DNA of 64,000 nucleotides from Blastocatellia bacterium (GCA_046331565.1 JAXLQP010000002.1:648107-712106), one strand, 5' to 3'. Counted from the stretch's first letter, positions 17,188-28,089 are shown. The notes: a model not told the origin generated them from the sequence alone. Numbers and translations are program-made.

Positions 17188-19425
17188 TTGTTGATCGTCA
17201 GTTTAGTCATGGGAGAAAACAGCGGGAACACTCAGCCAGCCATTGAAGTTCACCAGACCCTCACCGGCTCGGTCGAACGCATCACCTTTCACAACGAACA
17301 GAACGGCTGGACAGTGCTGCGCCTGAATGTGGCCGGACACGGCGAACCTGTCACCGTCACGGGTAATTTCTCGGCCATCTCGCCGGGCGAAAGCGTGCGC
17401 CTGACCGGCATCTGGACGACGCATCAGCAATACGGCGATCAGTTCAGGGCGACTGATTATCAGGTCGTGCGGCCCGCGACGATTGCAGGCATTCAGAAAT
17501 ACCTCGGCTCCGGGCTGATCAAGGGCGTCGGCCCGGTGACGGCAAAGCGCATCGTTGAGCATTTCAAAGAAGAGACGCTCGACATCATCGAACACGACAT
17601 TGCGCGCCTGGTTGAAGTCAAAGGCGTTTCGCGCAAACGAATCGAACTGATTCAAAAGACGTGGGCCGAACAGCGGGCGATCAAGGACGTGATGATCTTC
17701 CTGCAATCGCACGGCGTTTCGACGCACTTTGCGGTGAAGATTTTCAAGCAGTATGGCAACGATTCGATTCCGATTGTCGAACGAACTCCGTACCGCCTCG
17801 CCGCCGATGTGTACGGCATCGGCTTTCGCACCGCCGATCAGATTGCGCGCAATCTGGGGATGAAGCCCGACGCTGAAGAGCGTTTGCGCGCCGGATTGCA
17901 GCACGTTCTGGGCGAAGCGACCGAGCAGGGGCATTGTTACCTGCCGCGCGCGGAACTCATCAAACGCGCCGCTGAAGCCCTGGGCGTCGAAGATCACACG
18001 CGCCTGGCCGCTTCGGTTGATGCGCTGCTCAACGAAGGTCTGCTCAAACTTGAGCAGCATCCTGACGACCCGCTCGCTGATGATGCAATCTACCTGCCGC
18101 CGCTGTGGCAGGCCGAACGCAACGTGGCGCGGCGGCTGCGAACACTGCTTGAAAAGCCTGCGCGCATTGACGTGAAGCGCGTGAATGCGTGGATTGATCG
18201 CTTCACCGAAGCCAGAGACATCGCGCTGTCTGAAGAGCAGCGCGCCGCCGTGATGCTGGCCGCCTCAAGCCGCGTGATGATTCTGACCGGCGGCCCTGGC
18301 ACGGGCAAAACAACGACGACGCGCGTCATCGTGGCGCTCTTTCACGCCATGAACAAGCGCGTGCTGCTCGCTTCACCAACCGGACGCGCCGCGCAGCGTT
18401 TGTCTGAGGTCGCCGACGAAGAAGCCTGCACCATTCATCGCCTGCTTGAATTCGATCCGTCAAAAATGGGGTTCAGGCGCGATGAAACAAATCCGCTCGA
18501 AGCCGATGTAATCATCGTTGATGAAGCTTCGATGATTGACGTGCTGCTCGCCAACAGTCTGATCAAAGCCGTGGCCACGCATTCGCAACTGATTCTGGTC
18601 GGCGATGTGGATCAGTTGCCATCGGTCGGGCCGGGCACGGTGCTGCGCGATCTGATTGATTCGCGCGCCGTGCCGACAGCCAGGCTGACGCAGGTTTTCA
18701 GGCAGGCCGCCGAAAGCCTGATTATTCAGAACGCGCACCGCATCAATCGCGGCGAATTTCCCGCGCTCATCAAACCCGGCTCGCAGACGACCGATTGTTA
18801 TTTCATCGCCGCCGAAGAGCCGCACGAAGTCGCTGAGCTGATTATCAAATCAGTCGCGCAAAGCCTGCCGAAGCGGTTCGGCTACGACGCGATCAATGAT
18901 ATTCAGGTGCTCGCGCCAATGAATCGCGGTCAGGTCGGAGCAAACAATCTGAACGCGCTGCTGCAACAACATCTCAATCCGCCCGGCGAGCGCAAGCCTG
19001 AATACAATCGCGGCCACCGCATCCTGCGCGTCGGAGACAAGGTCATTCAGCGCGTCAACAATTACAAACTCGAAGTCTTCAACGGCGACATGGGCCGCAT
19101 CGAATGGATTGATCTGGAAGATCAGATGATCGCCGTGCGCTTTGCCGACCGCATCGTGAATTACGATTACGCCGATATGCTCGAACTCGGTCACGGATTC
19201 GCAGTGTCGGTCCACAAAGCCCAGGGCAGCGAATATCCGGCAGTCGTGATTCCGGTTCACATGCAGCATTTCATGATGCTCAGCCGCAACCTGCTTTACA
19301 CTGCGCTCACCAGAGCAAAAAAGACCGTCGTGCTGATCGGCACGACAAAGGCCATCGGCGCGGCGATGAACAACCTCGAAGCCGTGCATCGGTTCACCGG
19401 CCTGGTGCGCGAGCTGAAACCATAG
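17188..19425 (+). CDS. recD2: ATP-dependent RecD-like DNA helicase (RecD2-type SF1 helicase).
   Basis: The N-terminal region has HhH character (KYLGSGLIKGVGPVTAKRIVEHF). There is a Walker A motif (GGPGTGKTTT) and SF1 motifs (IIVDEASMID, LILVGDVDQLPSVGPG). The C-terminal region (SH3-like) is present. Confidence 0.85.
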   Translation: MLIVSLVMGENSGNTQPAIEVHQTLTGSVERITFHNEQNGWTVLRLNVAGHGEPVTVTGNFSAISPGESVRLTGIWTTHQQYGDQFRATDYQVVRPATIAGIQKYLGSGLIKGVGPVTAKRIVEHFKEETLDIIEHDIARLVEVKGVSRKRIELIQKTWAEQRAIKDVMIFLQSHGVSTHFAVKIFKQYGNDSIPIVERTPYRLAADVYGIGFRTADQIARNLGMKPDAEERLRAGLQHVLGEATEQGHCYLPRAELIKRAAEALGVEDHTRLAASVDALLNEGLLKLEQHPDDPLADDAIYLPPLWQAERNVARRLRTLLEKPARIDVKRVNAWIDRFTEARDIALSEEQRAAVMLAASSRVMILTGGPGTGKTTTTRVIVALFHAMNKRVLLASPTGRAAQRLSEVADEEACTIHRLLEFDPSKMGFRRDETNPLEADVIIVDEASMIDVLLANSLIKAVATHSQLILVGDVDQLPSVGPGTVLRDLIDSRAVPTARLTQVFRQAAESLIIQNAHRINRGEFPALIKPGSQTTDCYFIAAEEPHEVAELIIKSVAQSLPKRFGYDAINDIQVLAPMNRGQVGANNLNALLQQHLNPPGERKPEYNRGHRILRVGDKVIQRVNNYKLEVFNGDMGRIEWIDLEDQMIAVRFADRIVNYDYADMLELGHGFAVSVHKAQGSEYPAVVIPVHMQHFMMLSRNLLYTALTRAKKTVVLIGTTKAIGAAMNNLEAVHRFTGLVRELKP

Positions 19426-19434
19426 CGTGCGGAA

Positions 19435-19690
19435 ACGGTGTTCGGAGTTCCAGTCTCAACTCAATGGCATGAAATCAGGGAGGCATAAAGAAACCATGGC
19501 GCACCCCCGTAGTAACGAATTTATTCGTTCTGCTTCCGAAGCTGCAAAAGTTGAAAACCAACGAATGAATTCGTTACTACGGGGATGCTGCGAGTTCCTT
19601 TCAGACAGCCGTAACTTAACGTCATTGAGCTTTGGCTGGCGCGCGTTCGCTTCAGGCCAGACCAGCTAAAGCTGGAACTCCGAACACCGT
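19435..19690. mobile_element. MITE-like element of about 256 bp with 19-bp perfect terminal inverted repeats and an internal long palindrome. It is related to the solo palindrome at 62462-62533.
   Basis: The left repeat acggtgttcggagttccag (19435-19453) is the reverse complement of the right repeat ctggaactccgaacaccgt (19672-19690). The internal hairpin is ccccgtagtaacgaat...attcgttactacgggg (about 19505-19584). The track ORF 19427..19669 is probably an artefact. Confidence 0.45.
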
Positions 19691-19804
19691 CCCCGTAAAA
19701 TTCCGAGCTGGCTTGAAAAGATGCCGGTAAATCAGTGCGGATTTGTGGCTGAAACTTTGGCTGAACATCGGGCGTAAGTCATCACGCCGGAATCAGCATT
19801 CAAC

Positions 19805-20830
19805 GTGGAGGCAATTATGAGTTACAGCAAAAAGTTTGAGGAACTGCGCGACGCCGCAAAGCGCAAGGCCGAAGAGATGGGCCTGAAGGAGAAGCTTGAG
19901 CAGGGCGTCAGAGCAGCGGGCGATCTGGCCAGCGCCGCAGGCAAAGTCGCTGGCGAGGCCGCGAGCAAAGGCGCGGAAACGATCAGCGAGGCAGCAAAGA
20001 CGGCGAGCGAGCAGGCCCGCAAATTCGACGAGCAGTACCGCGTGACCGACAACCTGCGCAACGCAACGACCCAGGCCGGTGAAACTTTCAAATCCGGCGC
20101 GCAGGCGGCGCAATCGGGCGTGGAGGATTTCTCAAAAGCCGCCGAAGAAAGAGCCAGAGAAGTTTTCGGCACGGCTGAGAAGTTTTATCGCCGCGCCGAA
20201 CAGGCTTACAACACGGGCACGGCGGGCGCACGCCTGGCTGACGCAGCGATCAGCGGTTATGGCAAAACACGCGAATGGATCAAAAACAATCCGGGCAAAA
20301 CCGCAGTCGTCAGCCTGTCGCTGATTGCCGGAATCCGCGCCGGATCAGCCGCGCTGCCAAATCTGGGCGTGACGATTCTCGGCGCAGGCGCAGCGAACAA
20401 CTGGCTGCTGCACAGCTCGCTGCCCATCATCGGCCTGCGCAAAGTCACCGAGCGTTATCACGAATACCTGAAGGAACAGGAACGCCGCATCGCCAGCGGT
20501 GAAGTTGAAGAAGCCGAACGCGCGAGCATCGAGTTTCAGCGCAATCTGACCAAGTATGTCGGCGCGCCGCTGCTTGGCGCATTCAGCGTCGCCGCCGGAG
20601 CCACAATGATCGGCGCGGCATTTTCGGGCGCAACGGCCACCGGCTTTCCGGTCAGCCTGATTCTCGGCGGCAATCCGCTGCTCAACGGCATCTGGTTTTT
20701 TGCCAACGGCGTCATCTGCATCAGCGAAGGCTACAAATTCTTTATGATCGCGCTCGCCGATGAAGAAGAAGTGCAGCGCGTCGTGCGTGAAATCAAGGGG
20801 CTGCTGCCCGCAGCGCAAACGGCACAATGA
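19805..20830 (+). CDS. Hypothetical protein. The N-terminus has apolipoprotein/phasin-like amphipathic helical repeats. The C-terminus is a glycine-zipper hydrophobic region.
   Basis: The N-terminal half is rich in A/E/K/Q (AAKRKAEEMGLKEKLEQGVRAAGDLASAAGKVAGEAASKGAETISEAAKTASEQARKF...). The C-terminal region is GAGAANNWLL...LLGAFSVAAGATMIGAAFSGATATGFPVSLILGGNPLLNGIWFFANGV. Its stop overlaps the hom start (ATGA). The likely start is the MSYSK Met at 19817. Confidence 0.5.
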   Translation: MEAIMSYSKKFEELRDAAKRKAEEMGLKEKLEQGVRAAGDLASAAGKVAGEAASKGAETISEAAKTASEQARKFDEQYRVTDNLRNATTQAGETFKSGAQAAQSGVEDFSKAAEERAREVFGTAEKFYRRAEQAYNTGTAGARLADAAISGYGKTREWIKNNPGKTAVVSLSLIAGIRAGSAALPNLGVTILGAGAANNWLLHSSLPIIGLRKVTERYHEYLKEQERRIASGEVEEAERASIEFQRNLTKYVGAPLLGAFSVAAGATMIGAAFSGATATGFPVSLILGGNPLLNGIWFFANGVICISEGYKFFMIALADEEEVQRVVREIKGLLPAAQTAQ

Positions 20831-21846
20831 AAATCGCCATCATCGGTTTCGGCAACGTCGGGCGCGCTTTCGCAGAACTGATTGAGCAGCGCCGCGACTG
20901 GCTCAGGGCAAATTACAATCAGGAATTGCAGGTAGTCGGCCTCAGCGACCGCAGCGGCGTGATCGTCAATAAAGACGGGCTTGATGTGGCTTCGCTGCTT
21001 CAGATGAAGCAGTCAGGCAGGACGCTTGAAAGCGCAGGCGCACAGGCAGCAACGCCAGCCGAAGCTGTCAGACTCCTTGCCGAAGCAGGCGCGCAAGGCC
21101 TGATTGAAACTCTGCCGAGCGGCCTGAAAACCGCAGGCGAACCCGCCATCACTTTCGCCACCGAGTCACTCAATCGCGGCCTGCACTTCATCACGGCCAA
21201 CAAAGCCGTGCTGCTCTTTGCCGGGCCGCAGCTTGAACAACTCGCCGCGAGCAAAGGCGTGAGAATCGCGCACAGCGGAGCGACCTGCGCCGCGCTGCCC
21301 ACGCTGAGTTTTGCGAGGCGCGAACTTGTGGGCGCGCAAATCACCGCAATTCGCGGCATTCTCAACGGCACGACCAACTACATTCTGACGCGAATGAACG
21401 AAGACGGCCTGAGCTTTGACGCCGCGCTCACCGAAGCTCAGGCTCGCGGCATTGCCGAACCCGACCCGCGCTACGATACAGAAGGCCAGGACTCAGCCGC
21501 CAAGCTCGTCATCCTCGCCAACGCATTGATGAACGCCGAAGCCACGCTTGATGACGTATCGCGCACCGGCATTGACGCGCTGCCACAGGCACTGATCGAA
21601 GAAGCGCGAAGCACAAAAGGCGCAATCAAACTGATCGCCTCAGCGCGGCTCAATAACGGTCGGGTTGAGCTGTCAGTCAGGCCGCAGATTGTGCTGCCGA
21701 CCGACAGCCTGTTTGCCGTGCGCGGATCGAACAAGGCAGTTGAATTTGAGACTGATCTTTACGGCACGCTGCTCGTGGCTGGCGGCGCATCATCGCGGGT
21801 GGCGGTGGCGGCAACTCTGCTCAAGGATGTAATCGGTGTGATTTGA
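20827..21846 (+). CDS. hom: Homoserine dehydrogenase.
   Basis: The N-terminal NAD(P)-binding region is MKIAIIGFGNVGRAF. The catalytic-domain motifs GILNGTTNYILTRM and AEPDPRYDTEGQDSAAKL are present. Confidence 0.75.
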   Translation: MKIAIIGFGNVGRAFAELIEQRRDWLRANYNQELQVVGLSDRSGVIVNKDGLDVASLLQMKQSGRTLESAGAQAATPAEAVRLLAEAGAQGLIETLPSGLKTAGEPAITFATESLNRGLHFITANKAVLLFAGPQLEQLAASKGVRIAHSGATCAALPTLSFARRELVGAQITAIRGILNGTTNYILTRMNEDGLSFDAALTEAQARGIAEPDPRYDTEGQDSAAKLVILANALMNAEATLDDVSRTGIDALPQALIEEARSTKGAIKLIASARLNNGRVELSVRPQIVLPTDSLFAVRGSNKAVEFETDLYGTLLVAGGASSRVAVAATLLKDVIGVI

Positions 21847-21910
21847 TGATAGCTTTGGTAATTGAATCAGGCCTTTACACTACACCGGGCAAATGTACTT
21901 TGAATCCAGA

Positions 21911-22717
21911 TCAACTCCGTAACCAAGCCTGCATCGCCTTGTATGCGTTAACAATTTTGGGAGCAGCATCTTGAACAGCCCTTAATGCCTCGTTTTTCTT
22001 TGATACTCCATCAAATGCCGCCACACTCATGGCTCCCATTAGATGATGATTCGCTCTACGCATAGCTATAAATGCTTCGTTTAGAAGTTTCCTTGTATGA
22101 TCGGGCAGCTTTGCCAGACCACCATCACTCAGAGCTTTGTCGACCTCTTCTGTTCGAAAAAGAGAACCAAGTGAATCCATATTTACATCCTCAACCATCA
22201 AGGCATTTAATTCCAGTTCGGCGATAATTGAGGCAAGCTGCCTGTTTGGAATAAGCAAACGCAGCAACTCATCTCGTCTCGCAGACCGTATTCTCGTACC
22301 TTCACGCCAAGGGATCACAAGATCAGGATAGCCACCCTGACCGTGCTTTACTACGTACGGAGATTCTTGATGTGTTTCAAAATAAAGAGCAACAACTGTG
22401 CTGTCATTAATTCTCACATTGACATCAACTGCCAGTCGGGGAGCAAGGCCATCAAAGCGTTTCTGAACAGAGAAGTACCAATTCTCGCGCTCCTTTGGAT
22501 CGACATCGCTCAACAACTTATTCTTTTCATCAACGCCTACAATCCAAAGAATCGGATTGCCACGAGACGCGTTAGCATGCCCCGCCAGACGAGATGCTGC
22601 CTTGTCATAATCAATCCAACAGTTTTTTAGCTCGACTCTTGAGTCTTCAACAGGTTGACCGAGCAAAACTGCACTCACTATTTCTCTTGTCCAGCTTTCA
22701 ACTTCTTGTGGGGTCAT
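21911..22717 (-). CDS. Hypothetical protein with an N-terminal Schlafen/AlbA_2-like putative DNA-binding domain. It lies in a low-GC island.
   Basis: VEDSRVELKNCW...HANASRGNPILWIVGVDE resembles the AlbA_2 signature (ESxxLEFK...FANxxGGxIxIGVxD). Local GC is clearly lower (about 45%) than the flanking genes (about 62%). Confidence 0.5.
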   Translation of the reverse strand: MTPQEVESWTREIVSAVLLGQPVEDSRVELKNCWIDYDKAASRLAGHANASRGNPILWIVGVDEKNKLLSDVDPKERENWYFSVQKRFDGLAPRLAVDVNVRINDSTVVALYFETHQESPYVVKHGQGGYPDLVIPWREGTRIRSARRDELLRLLIPNRQLASIIAELELNALMVEDVNMDSLGSLFRTEEVDKALSDGGLAKLPDHTRKLLNEAFIAMRRANHHLMGAMSVAAFDGVSKKNEALRAVQDAAPKIVNAYKAMQAWLRS

Positions 22718-22725
22718 AAATCACA

Positions 22726-22838
22726 CTCCGCACTCAACGGCTTCCGCTTCTTCATCACGCGCGGTCTGCAACTCCAGATCAATGCCTTATTTTTCGGCCA
22801 GCGCAAAGTACTCTTCAAAAGAGGGAAGGCAAAGTCCA
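22726..22838. repeat. Degenerate direct repeat (about 90% identity) of the 3' end of the dusB-like gene (23781-23893). It is probably a relic of a site-specific insertion at the dusB 3' end.
   Basis: cactcaacggcttccgcttcttcatcacgcgcggtctgcaactccagatcaatgcc..tatttttcggccag.gc.aa.tactcttcaaa occurs at both positions in the same orientation. Confidence 0.65.
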
Positions 22839-23024
22839 CAAAATCACCTTACTCATCTCTCAGACGCGCGTGACGCAAACGCTCAAGTTCGGCTCTTCAG
22901 CGGTTGCCAGTATAGCCGGTCAGCTCCTCCCCGCCTGCCAGCGTTTTCCTCCTGCCTGAGCGCCTCGTCCAAACCAGCCTGGTCGCCTGCCAGGGCAGAA
23001 CCCGAGCAAGAGGCCGCTGTTTAC

Positions 23025-23627
23025 TCAGTTTGCGGCAAAGCACACGATGCGCCGACGCAAGTTCAAGCAATAACGGCGGGGTGCGCAATTCAAGCAACCA
23101 GAACTCCGTGTGCTGGCTGGCTGGTCGCGCTGACTGAAGTAATCGGCTTCGACCAGTCGCCGGATCATGGGCCAGTCCTTGTCGCGTTGAGTCTTCTTGG
23201 CTTTCACGAGATCGGGCAATGACAACAGTTCATACACAGTGCCATCATCCACGCGCAACGTCACCCGGCGTTGCCACAGTTTTGAAAAAGCCTCGACACC
23301 GCGCATTCTGGTCATCACGTCAACACGCAATCCGCTGGCTTCCGGAGTGCGGCAGCGGAAGTGAACTGCGTGGCCCCGGCGCAGATATTTCGCGTCAAAG
23401 GGCGGAACAGCGATGACTTCAGCGTCAAGTTCTGCGAGGGTTGCGCGGAGGCGAGTGAGGTTTGCCGGGCTGGCGAGAATGGTCATGTCCAGATCGCGGC
23501 TAAACTCTGCCGCGCCGTATAACACGCACGCCTGCCCGCCCATCAACAGGGCGCGAACCTGGTGCTTCTGGATCGAAGAAAGGACTTTGTGTATCGGGTT
23601 CGGGATCAAGCGAGCCTCCCAGCGCAA
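23025..23627 (-). CDS. AbiEii/DUF1814-like nucleotidyltransferase. It is probably truncated or decayed and lies between the direct repeats.
   Basis: LMGGQACVLYGAAEFSRDLDM matches the GG...R.SxDxD nucleotidyltransferase motif of AbiEii toxins. The last about 40 residues look non-protein-like. An overlapping ORF 23500..23730 in another frame suggests a frameshift. No AbiEi partner is present. Confidence 0.4.
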   Translation of the reverse strand: MRWEARLIPNPIHKVLSSIQKHQVRALLMGGQACVLYGAAEFSRDLDMTILASPANLTRLRATLAELDAEVIAVPPFDAKYLRRGHAVHFRCRTPEASGLRVDVMTRMRGVEAFSKLWQRRVTLRVDDGTVYELLSLPDLVKAKKTQRDKDWPMIRRLVEADYFSQRDQPASTRSSGCLNCAPRRYCLNLRRRIVCFAAN

Positions 23628-23776
23628 GGTACACTTCCCACAGTTTCGCCGATTCGCGCCAACGCTCCAGAGGGGTCAGCGAATACCACTCGGCCTGCTC
23701 TTCACCTGCCAGTTCTTCAGCAGAAATCATAGTCAGTGCTTCTCATCTCATTGTGCAAGCGACCGGCGGCTGATCT

Positions 23777-24829
<1,053 letters not shown>

Positions 24830-24962
24830 AAATTATTTCCTCGGTAACGACTGAGAACGGACAGACCGTTCAGACAAACGTGAAATATAGCAGAAGACTC
24901 ATCCGCGAAAAACCAGCGGGGTCGGCAGCAATTATTAAGCAGGTGGACACATCAGGACTTTT

Positions 24963-25126
24963 CACCACGAAGGGCACGGAGAACACGAAGAAAAGGGGTA
25001 AAGGAGAAAAGGGGAAGAGGGGAAAAGGGGAAATGAACGGGCAAAGTCTGATTCCCCTTTTCCCCTCTTCTCCCTGTCTCCCCTTCTTTCTTCATCTTCG
25101 TGTTCTTCGTGCCCTTCGTGGTAGTC
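24963..25126. repeat. Very long near-perfect palindrome (stem about 65 bp, purine-rich/pyrimidine-rich arms) in the divergent intergenic region between the dusB-like gene and the HD-domain gene.
   Basis: The arm caccacgaagggcacggagaacacgaagaaaaggggtaaaggagaaaaggggaagaggggaaaagggg is mirrored by ccccttttcccctcttctccctgtctccccttctttcttcatcttcgtgttcttcgtgcccttcgtggt. The track ORFs 24880..25149 and 24952..25254 are artefacts of it. Confidence 0.65.
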
Positions 25127-25226
25127 AAAAAACTTTCGCTGACTGCTGAGCCTGAATCTGCGCGCCTTCTCAGGGTTGCCGAAGATGCCGGTTGACGCTC
25201 GCCCTTAAAATCGGTAGCGTTGTGGA

Positions 25227-25826
25227 ATGGAAGCAGAGGGACACAACAGCGCAAACGAAGCGGCCCGGCTGATTGAACTGCTCACGGAACTGATGCGGCT
25301 CAAGGCAGTGCCGCGCACGGGCTGGCTGTTGCGCGGGGTGCGCGATGTTGAATCGGTCGCAGCGCATTCATTCGGCGTGGCATTTATTGCCATGCTGCTG
25401 GCTGATCGCGCCGTCAGGCGCGGTTTTCCGGTCAGCCCTGAAAAGGTGTTGCGGATGGCGCTGCTGCACGATCTGACCGAAGCGCGCACGGGCGATCTGC
25501 CCGCGACCATCAAAAAATATTTTGGCAGCGACGCGCTGAAAACCGCTGATGAGCGCGCTGCCGCCGAGATGTTGTCAGGACTGAACAATCAGTATCTGGA
25601 CATCTGGCGCGATTACGAGCAGCGCGACAGCCTGGAAGCGCGGCTGGTCAAGGCGGCGGACAAACTGGATTTGCTGTTGCAGGCGCGAGAGTATGAAAAG
25701 GGCGGCGCGCGCGGGTTGCACGAGTTTCGTGAAAATTCCGATGCCGATTTTTCCAGCCTTGAGCTTGATGAACTGATCAGCGATCTGATTACTGAAGTAA
25801 GGAAGTTGCAGCATGGACTCGCTTGA
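25227..25826 (+). CDS. HD domain-containing phosphohydrolase (YfbR-like 5'-deoxynucleotidase family).
   Basis: The HD motifs are present (ESVAAHSFGVAFIAMLLAD...LLHDLTEARTGDLP). Confidence 0.75.
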   Translation: MEAEGHNSANEAARLIELLTELMRLKAVPRTGWLLRGVRDVESVAAHSFGVAFIAMLLADRAVRRGFPVSPEKVLRMALLHDLTEARTGDLPATIKKYFGSDALKTADERAAAEMLSGLNNQYLDIWRDYEQRDSLEARLVKAADKLDLLLQAREYEKGGARGLHEFRENSDADFSSLELDELISDLITEVRKLQHGLA

Positions 25827-26472
25827 GCAGTTGGTTGTCTGGCTCCAGCAACTGCCGCCACTGGGCGTGCTGGCGCTGGTTTTTGCCATTGCCTATATTG
25901 AAAACGTCTTTCCGCCGTCGCCGAGCGATGTGCTGCTGGTTTTTGCCGGAACGCTGGCCGGAGTCGGAACAGTCGGCTTTTTCCCGATGCTGATCTGTTC
26001 GACGCTGGGCAGCGCGCTCGGTTTTATGACGGCTTACCTGATCGGACGTTATTTTGAACGTCACATTGTCGAAGGCCCCTTTGGTCGCTTTCTGCCCGTC
26101 AATGCGATTCACCAGGTCGAACGCCTGTTTCAGCGTTTTGGTTACAGCGTGATTGTGGCCAATCGCTTTTTGTCAGGCACGCGGGCCGTTGTGTCGTTTG
26201 CGGCGGGCATGTCGCAGTTGAATCTGGCCGCGACAACAGCGCTGAGCGCCGTCAGCGCGCTGGCCTGGAATGCGATTCTGCTGCTGCTGGGCAAAAGCTT
26301 CGGCAACAACTGGCAGAAGGTGGCCGAGTACCTGATGCTTTACAGCAAGATTGTCACGGTCGTTATTACCATCGGCGTGGTGATTTTCGCCTGGCGTTAC
26401 TGGCGGCAGTGGCGGCTTTCGACAGGCCGGAACAACGCCGCCAGAAACCGGATCAGCCGCGACGAAGCGTAA
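25813..26472 (+). CDS. DedA family (SNARE-associated) membrane protein.
   Basis: The conserved DedA motif is present ([23 protein letters not shown]...GRYFER...[23 protein letters not shown]). Confidence 0.8.
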   Translation: MDSLEQLVVWLQQLPPLGVLALVFAIAYIENVFPPSPSDVLLVFAGTLAGVGTVGFFPMLICSTLGSALGFMTAYLIGRYFERHIVEGPFGRFLPVNAIHQVERLFQRFGYSVIVANRFLSGTRAVVSFAAGMSQLNLAATTALSAVSALAWNAILLLLGKSFGNNWQKVAEYLMLYSKIVTVVITIGVVIFAWRYWRQWRLSTGRNNAARNRISRDEA

Positions 26473-26495
26473 CCAGTCATTCACCTTTTCACCTT

Positions 26496-27503
26496 ATGGA
26501 CATTCTGCAAAAGATCAGAAATCGCGCTGCTGCGCAGCCGCAGCACATTCTGCTGCCTGAAGGCGATGATGACCGCACGATTGTGGCGGCGGCCAGAATT
26601 GCGGCTGAGCGCCTGGCCCGCGTGACGCTGCTTGGCAATGAAGATCAGATTCGCAGCCGCGCCGATGCGCTGGGCGTTTCGCTCACAAACGTGCCGGTGC
26701 TGAATTATCAGAACTCGCCCGACCTCGACCGCTATGCGCAGGAATTTTATGAACTGCGCCGCGCCAAAGGCATCACGGTTGACGAAGCGCGCAAGCAGAT
26801 GCTCGACCCGCTCTATTTTGCCAATATGATGGTGCGGGCCGGGAAGGCCGATGGTTCAGTAGCCGGAGCAACCAACACCACCGCACACACGGTGCGCGCC
26901 GCGCTGCTGACGATTGGGTTGCGCGCCGGATTCAAACTGGTGTCATCGGTTGTGCTGATGGTTCATCCGAACAAAAGTTTTGGCGCAGATGGTGCGATGA
27001 TCTTTGCCGATCCGGCGATTGTCGTGAATCCGACCGCATCAGAACTGGCTGAAATCGCCATTGCCTCAGCCGAAACCTTTCGCGCTCTCGTGGATGCCGA
27101 ACCGCGGGTGGCGATGCTTTCGTTTTCGACCAGGGGCAGCGCGAAACATCCGATGGTGGACAAGGTCGTTGAAGCCGTGCGCACCGTGCGCGCCCGCGCG
27201 CCTGAACTTGAGGTTGACGGCGAATTGCAGCTTGATGCCGCAATGATTCCGCACATCGCTGCCTCAAAAGCGCCCGGTTCAGCGGTGGCAGGTCAGGCCA
27301 ACGTGCTGATCTTTCCTGATCTCAACGCGGGCAACATCGGTTACAAGCTGACCGAAAGATTTGGCGGAGCAACGGCCATCGGCCCGATTTTGCAGGGCCT
27401 CGCCAGGCCTGCGAACGATCTGTCACGCGGCTGCAAGGCAGATGACATTGTGGATGCGGTGGCGATTACGGCGGTGCAGGCGCAGGCGCAGAAAAAAATC
27501 TGA
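26496..27503 (+). CDS. pta: Phosphate acetyltransferase (phosphotransacetylase; Pta/PtaB family).
   Basis: From the internal Met it reads [36 protein letters not shown], and ends ...[18 protein letters not shown], which is collinear with Pta. The longer track start overlaps the dedA gene. Confidence 0.8.
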   Translation: MDILQKIRNRAAAQPQHILLPEGDDDRTIVAAARIAAERLARVTLLGNEDQIRSRADALGVSLTNVPVLNYQNSPDLDRYAQEFYELRRAKGITVDEARKQMLDPLYFANMMVRAGKADGSVAGATNTTAHTVRAALLTIGLRAGFKLVSSVVLMVHPNKSFGADGAMIFADPAIVVNPTASELAEIAIASAETFRALVDAEPRVAMLSFSTRGSAKHPMVDKVVEAVRTVRARAPELEVDGELQLDAAMIPHIAASKAPGSAVAGQANVLIFPDLNAGNIGYKLTERFGGATAIGPILQGLARPANDLSRGCKADDIVDAVAITAVQAQAQKKI

Positions 27504-27522
27504 ACTGACCCCAACACCTCAC

Positions 27523-28089
27523 ATGAAAATCCGCTGGAAAAGGCTGCTCGCCGCGCCGTTTGTTTTCCTCGCGGCTCTCATCATCATCATTGAAGACTGG
27601 CTCTGGGATGACCTGGCGCGGATGGCGGCAGCCATTGGCCGCCTGCCGGTGCTGCGCCAGCTCGAAGTGCTGATTGCCGGTCTGCCGCCTTATGCCGCGC
27701 TGCTGACTTTTGGCGCGCCGACGCTGCTGCTGATTCCGGTCAAGCTGGCGGCGCTGTGGCTGATTGCGCACGGCCAGCACGCGCTCGGCCTGCTGACGGT
27801 GGTGCTGGCCAAGTTTGCCGGAACCGCGCTGGTGGCGCGCATCTTTATGCTGACGCGTAAAAACCTGCTGCGCATCGGCTGGTTTGCGACGCTGCACACA
27901 CGATTCACGGCCTTCAGCGAACGCGTTCACGCCACCATTCACCAGACCCGCCTTTATCAGACCATCCATCGCCAGTCAGTCCGCGTGAAAACAGCCGTCA
28001 GGGAATGGCTGCGCCGACGCAAGCCTGGTTTCTGGCAGCGGCGCTGGGCCGCAGCAGTGAAGCTGTCACGCCGCAAACAGCCCGATTAA
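27523..28089 (+). CDS. Hypothetical membrane protein.
   Basis: The internal Met MKIRWKRLL follows the pta stop. There are three to four hydrophobic helices. I see no recognisable family. Confidence 0.45.
   Translation: MKIRWKRLLAAPFVFLAALIIIIEDWLWDDLARMAAAIGRLPVLRQLEVLIAGLPPYAALLTFGAPTLLLIPVKLAALWLIAHGQHALGLLTVVLAKFAGTALVARIFMLTRKNLLRIGWFATLHTRFTAFSERVHATIHQTRLYQTIHRQSVRVKTAVREWLRRRKPGFWQRRWAAAVKLSRRKQPD

Noticed and set aside
17203-19389. Long minus-strand ORFs inside recD2 (17203..18060, 18850..19389). Similar antisense ORFs occur inside aspS (31413..32408), mutL (29560..30192), nadA (46107..46649), the GGDEF/EAL gene (50604..51320) and the TPR gene (53952..54539).
   Set aside because: They are high-GC antisense shadow ORFs opposite well-supported genes.
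23500-23730. A 76-aa ORF overlapping the 5' part of the AbiEii-like gene in another frame.
   Set aside because: It most likely reflects a frameshift in a decaying gene. Its C-terminal half is low-complexity. I keep it only as evidence that the AbiEii-like gene is degraded.
24880-25254. ORFs 24880..25149 and 24952..25254 with G/K/E-rich low-complexity products.
   Set aside because: They are produced by reading through the purine-rich and pyrimidine-rich arms of the 65-bp-stem palindrome.
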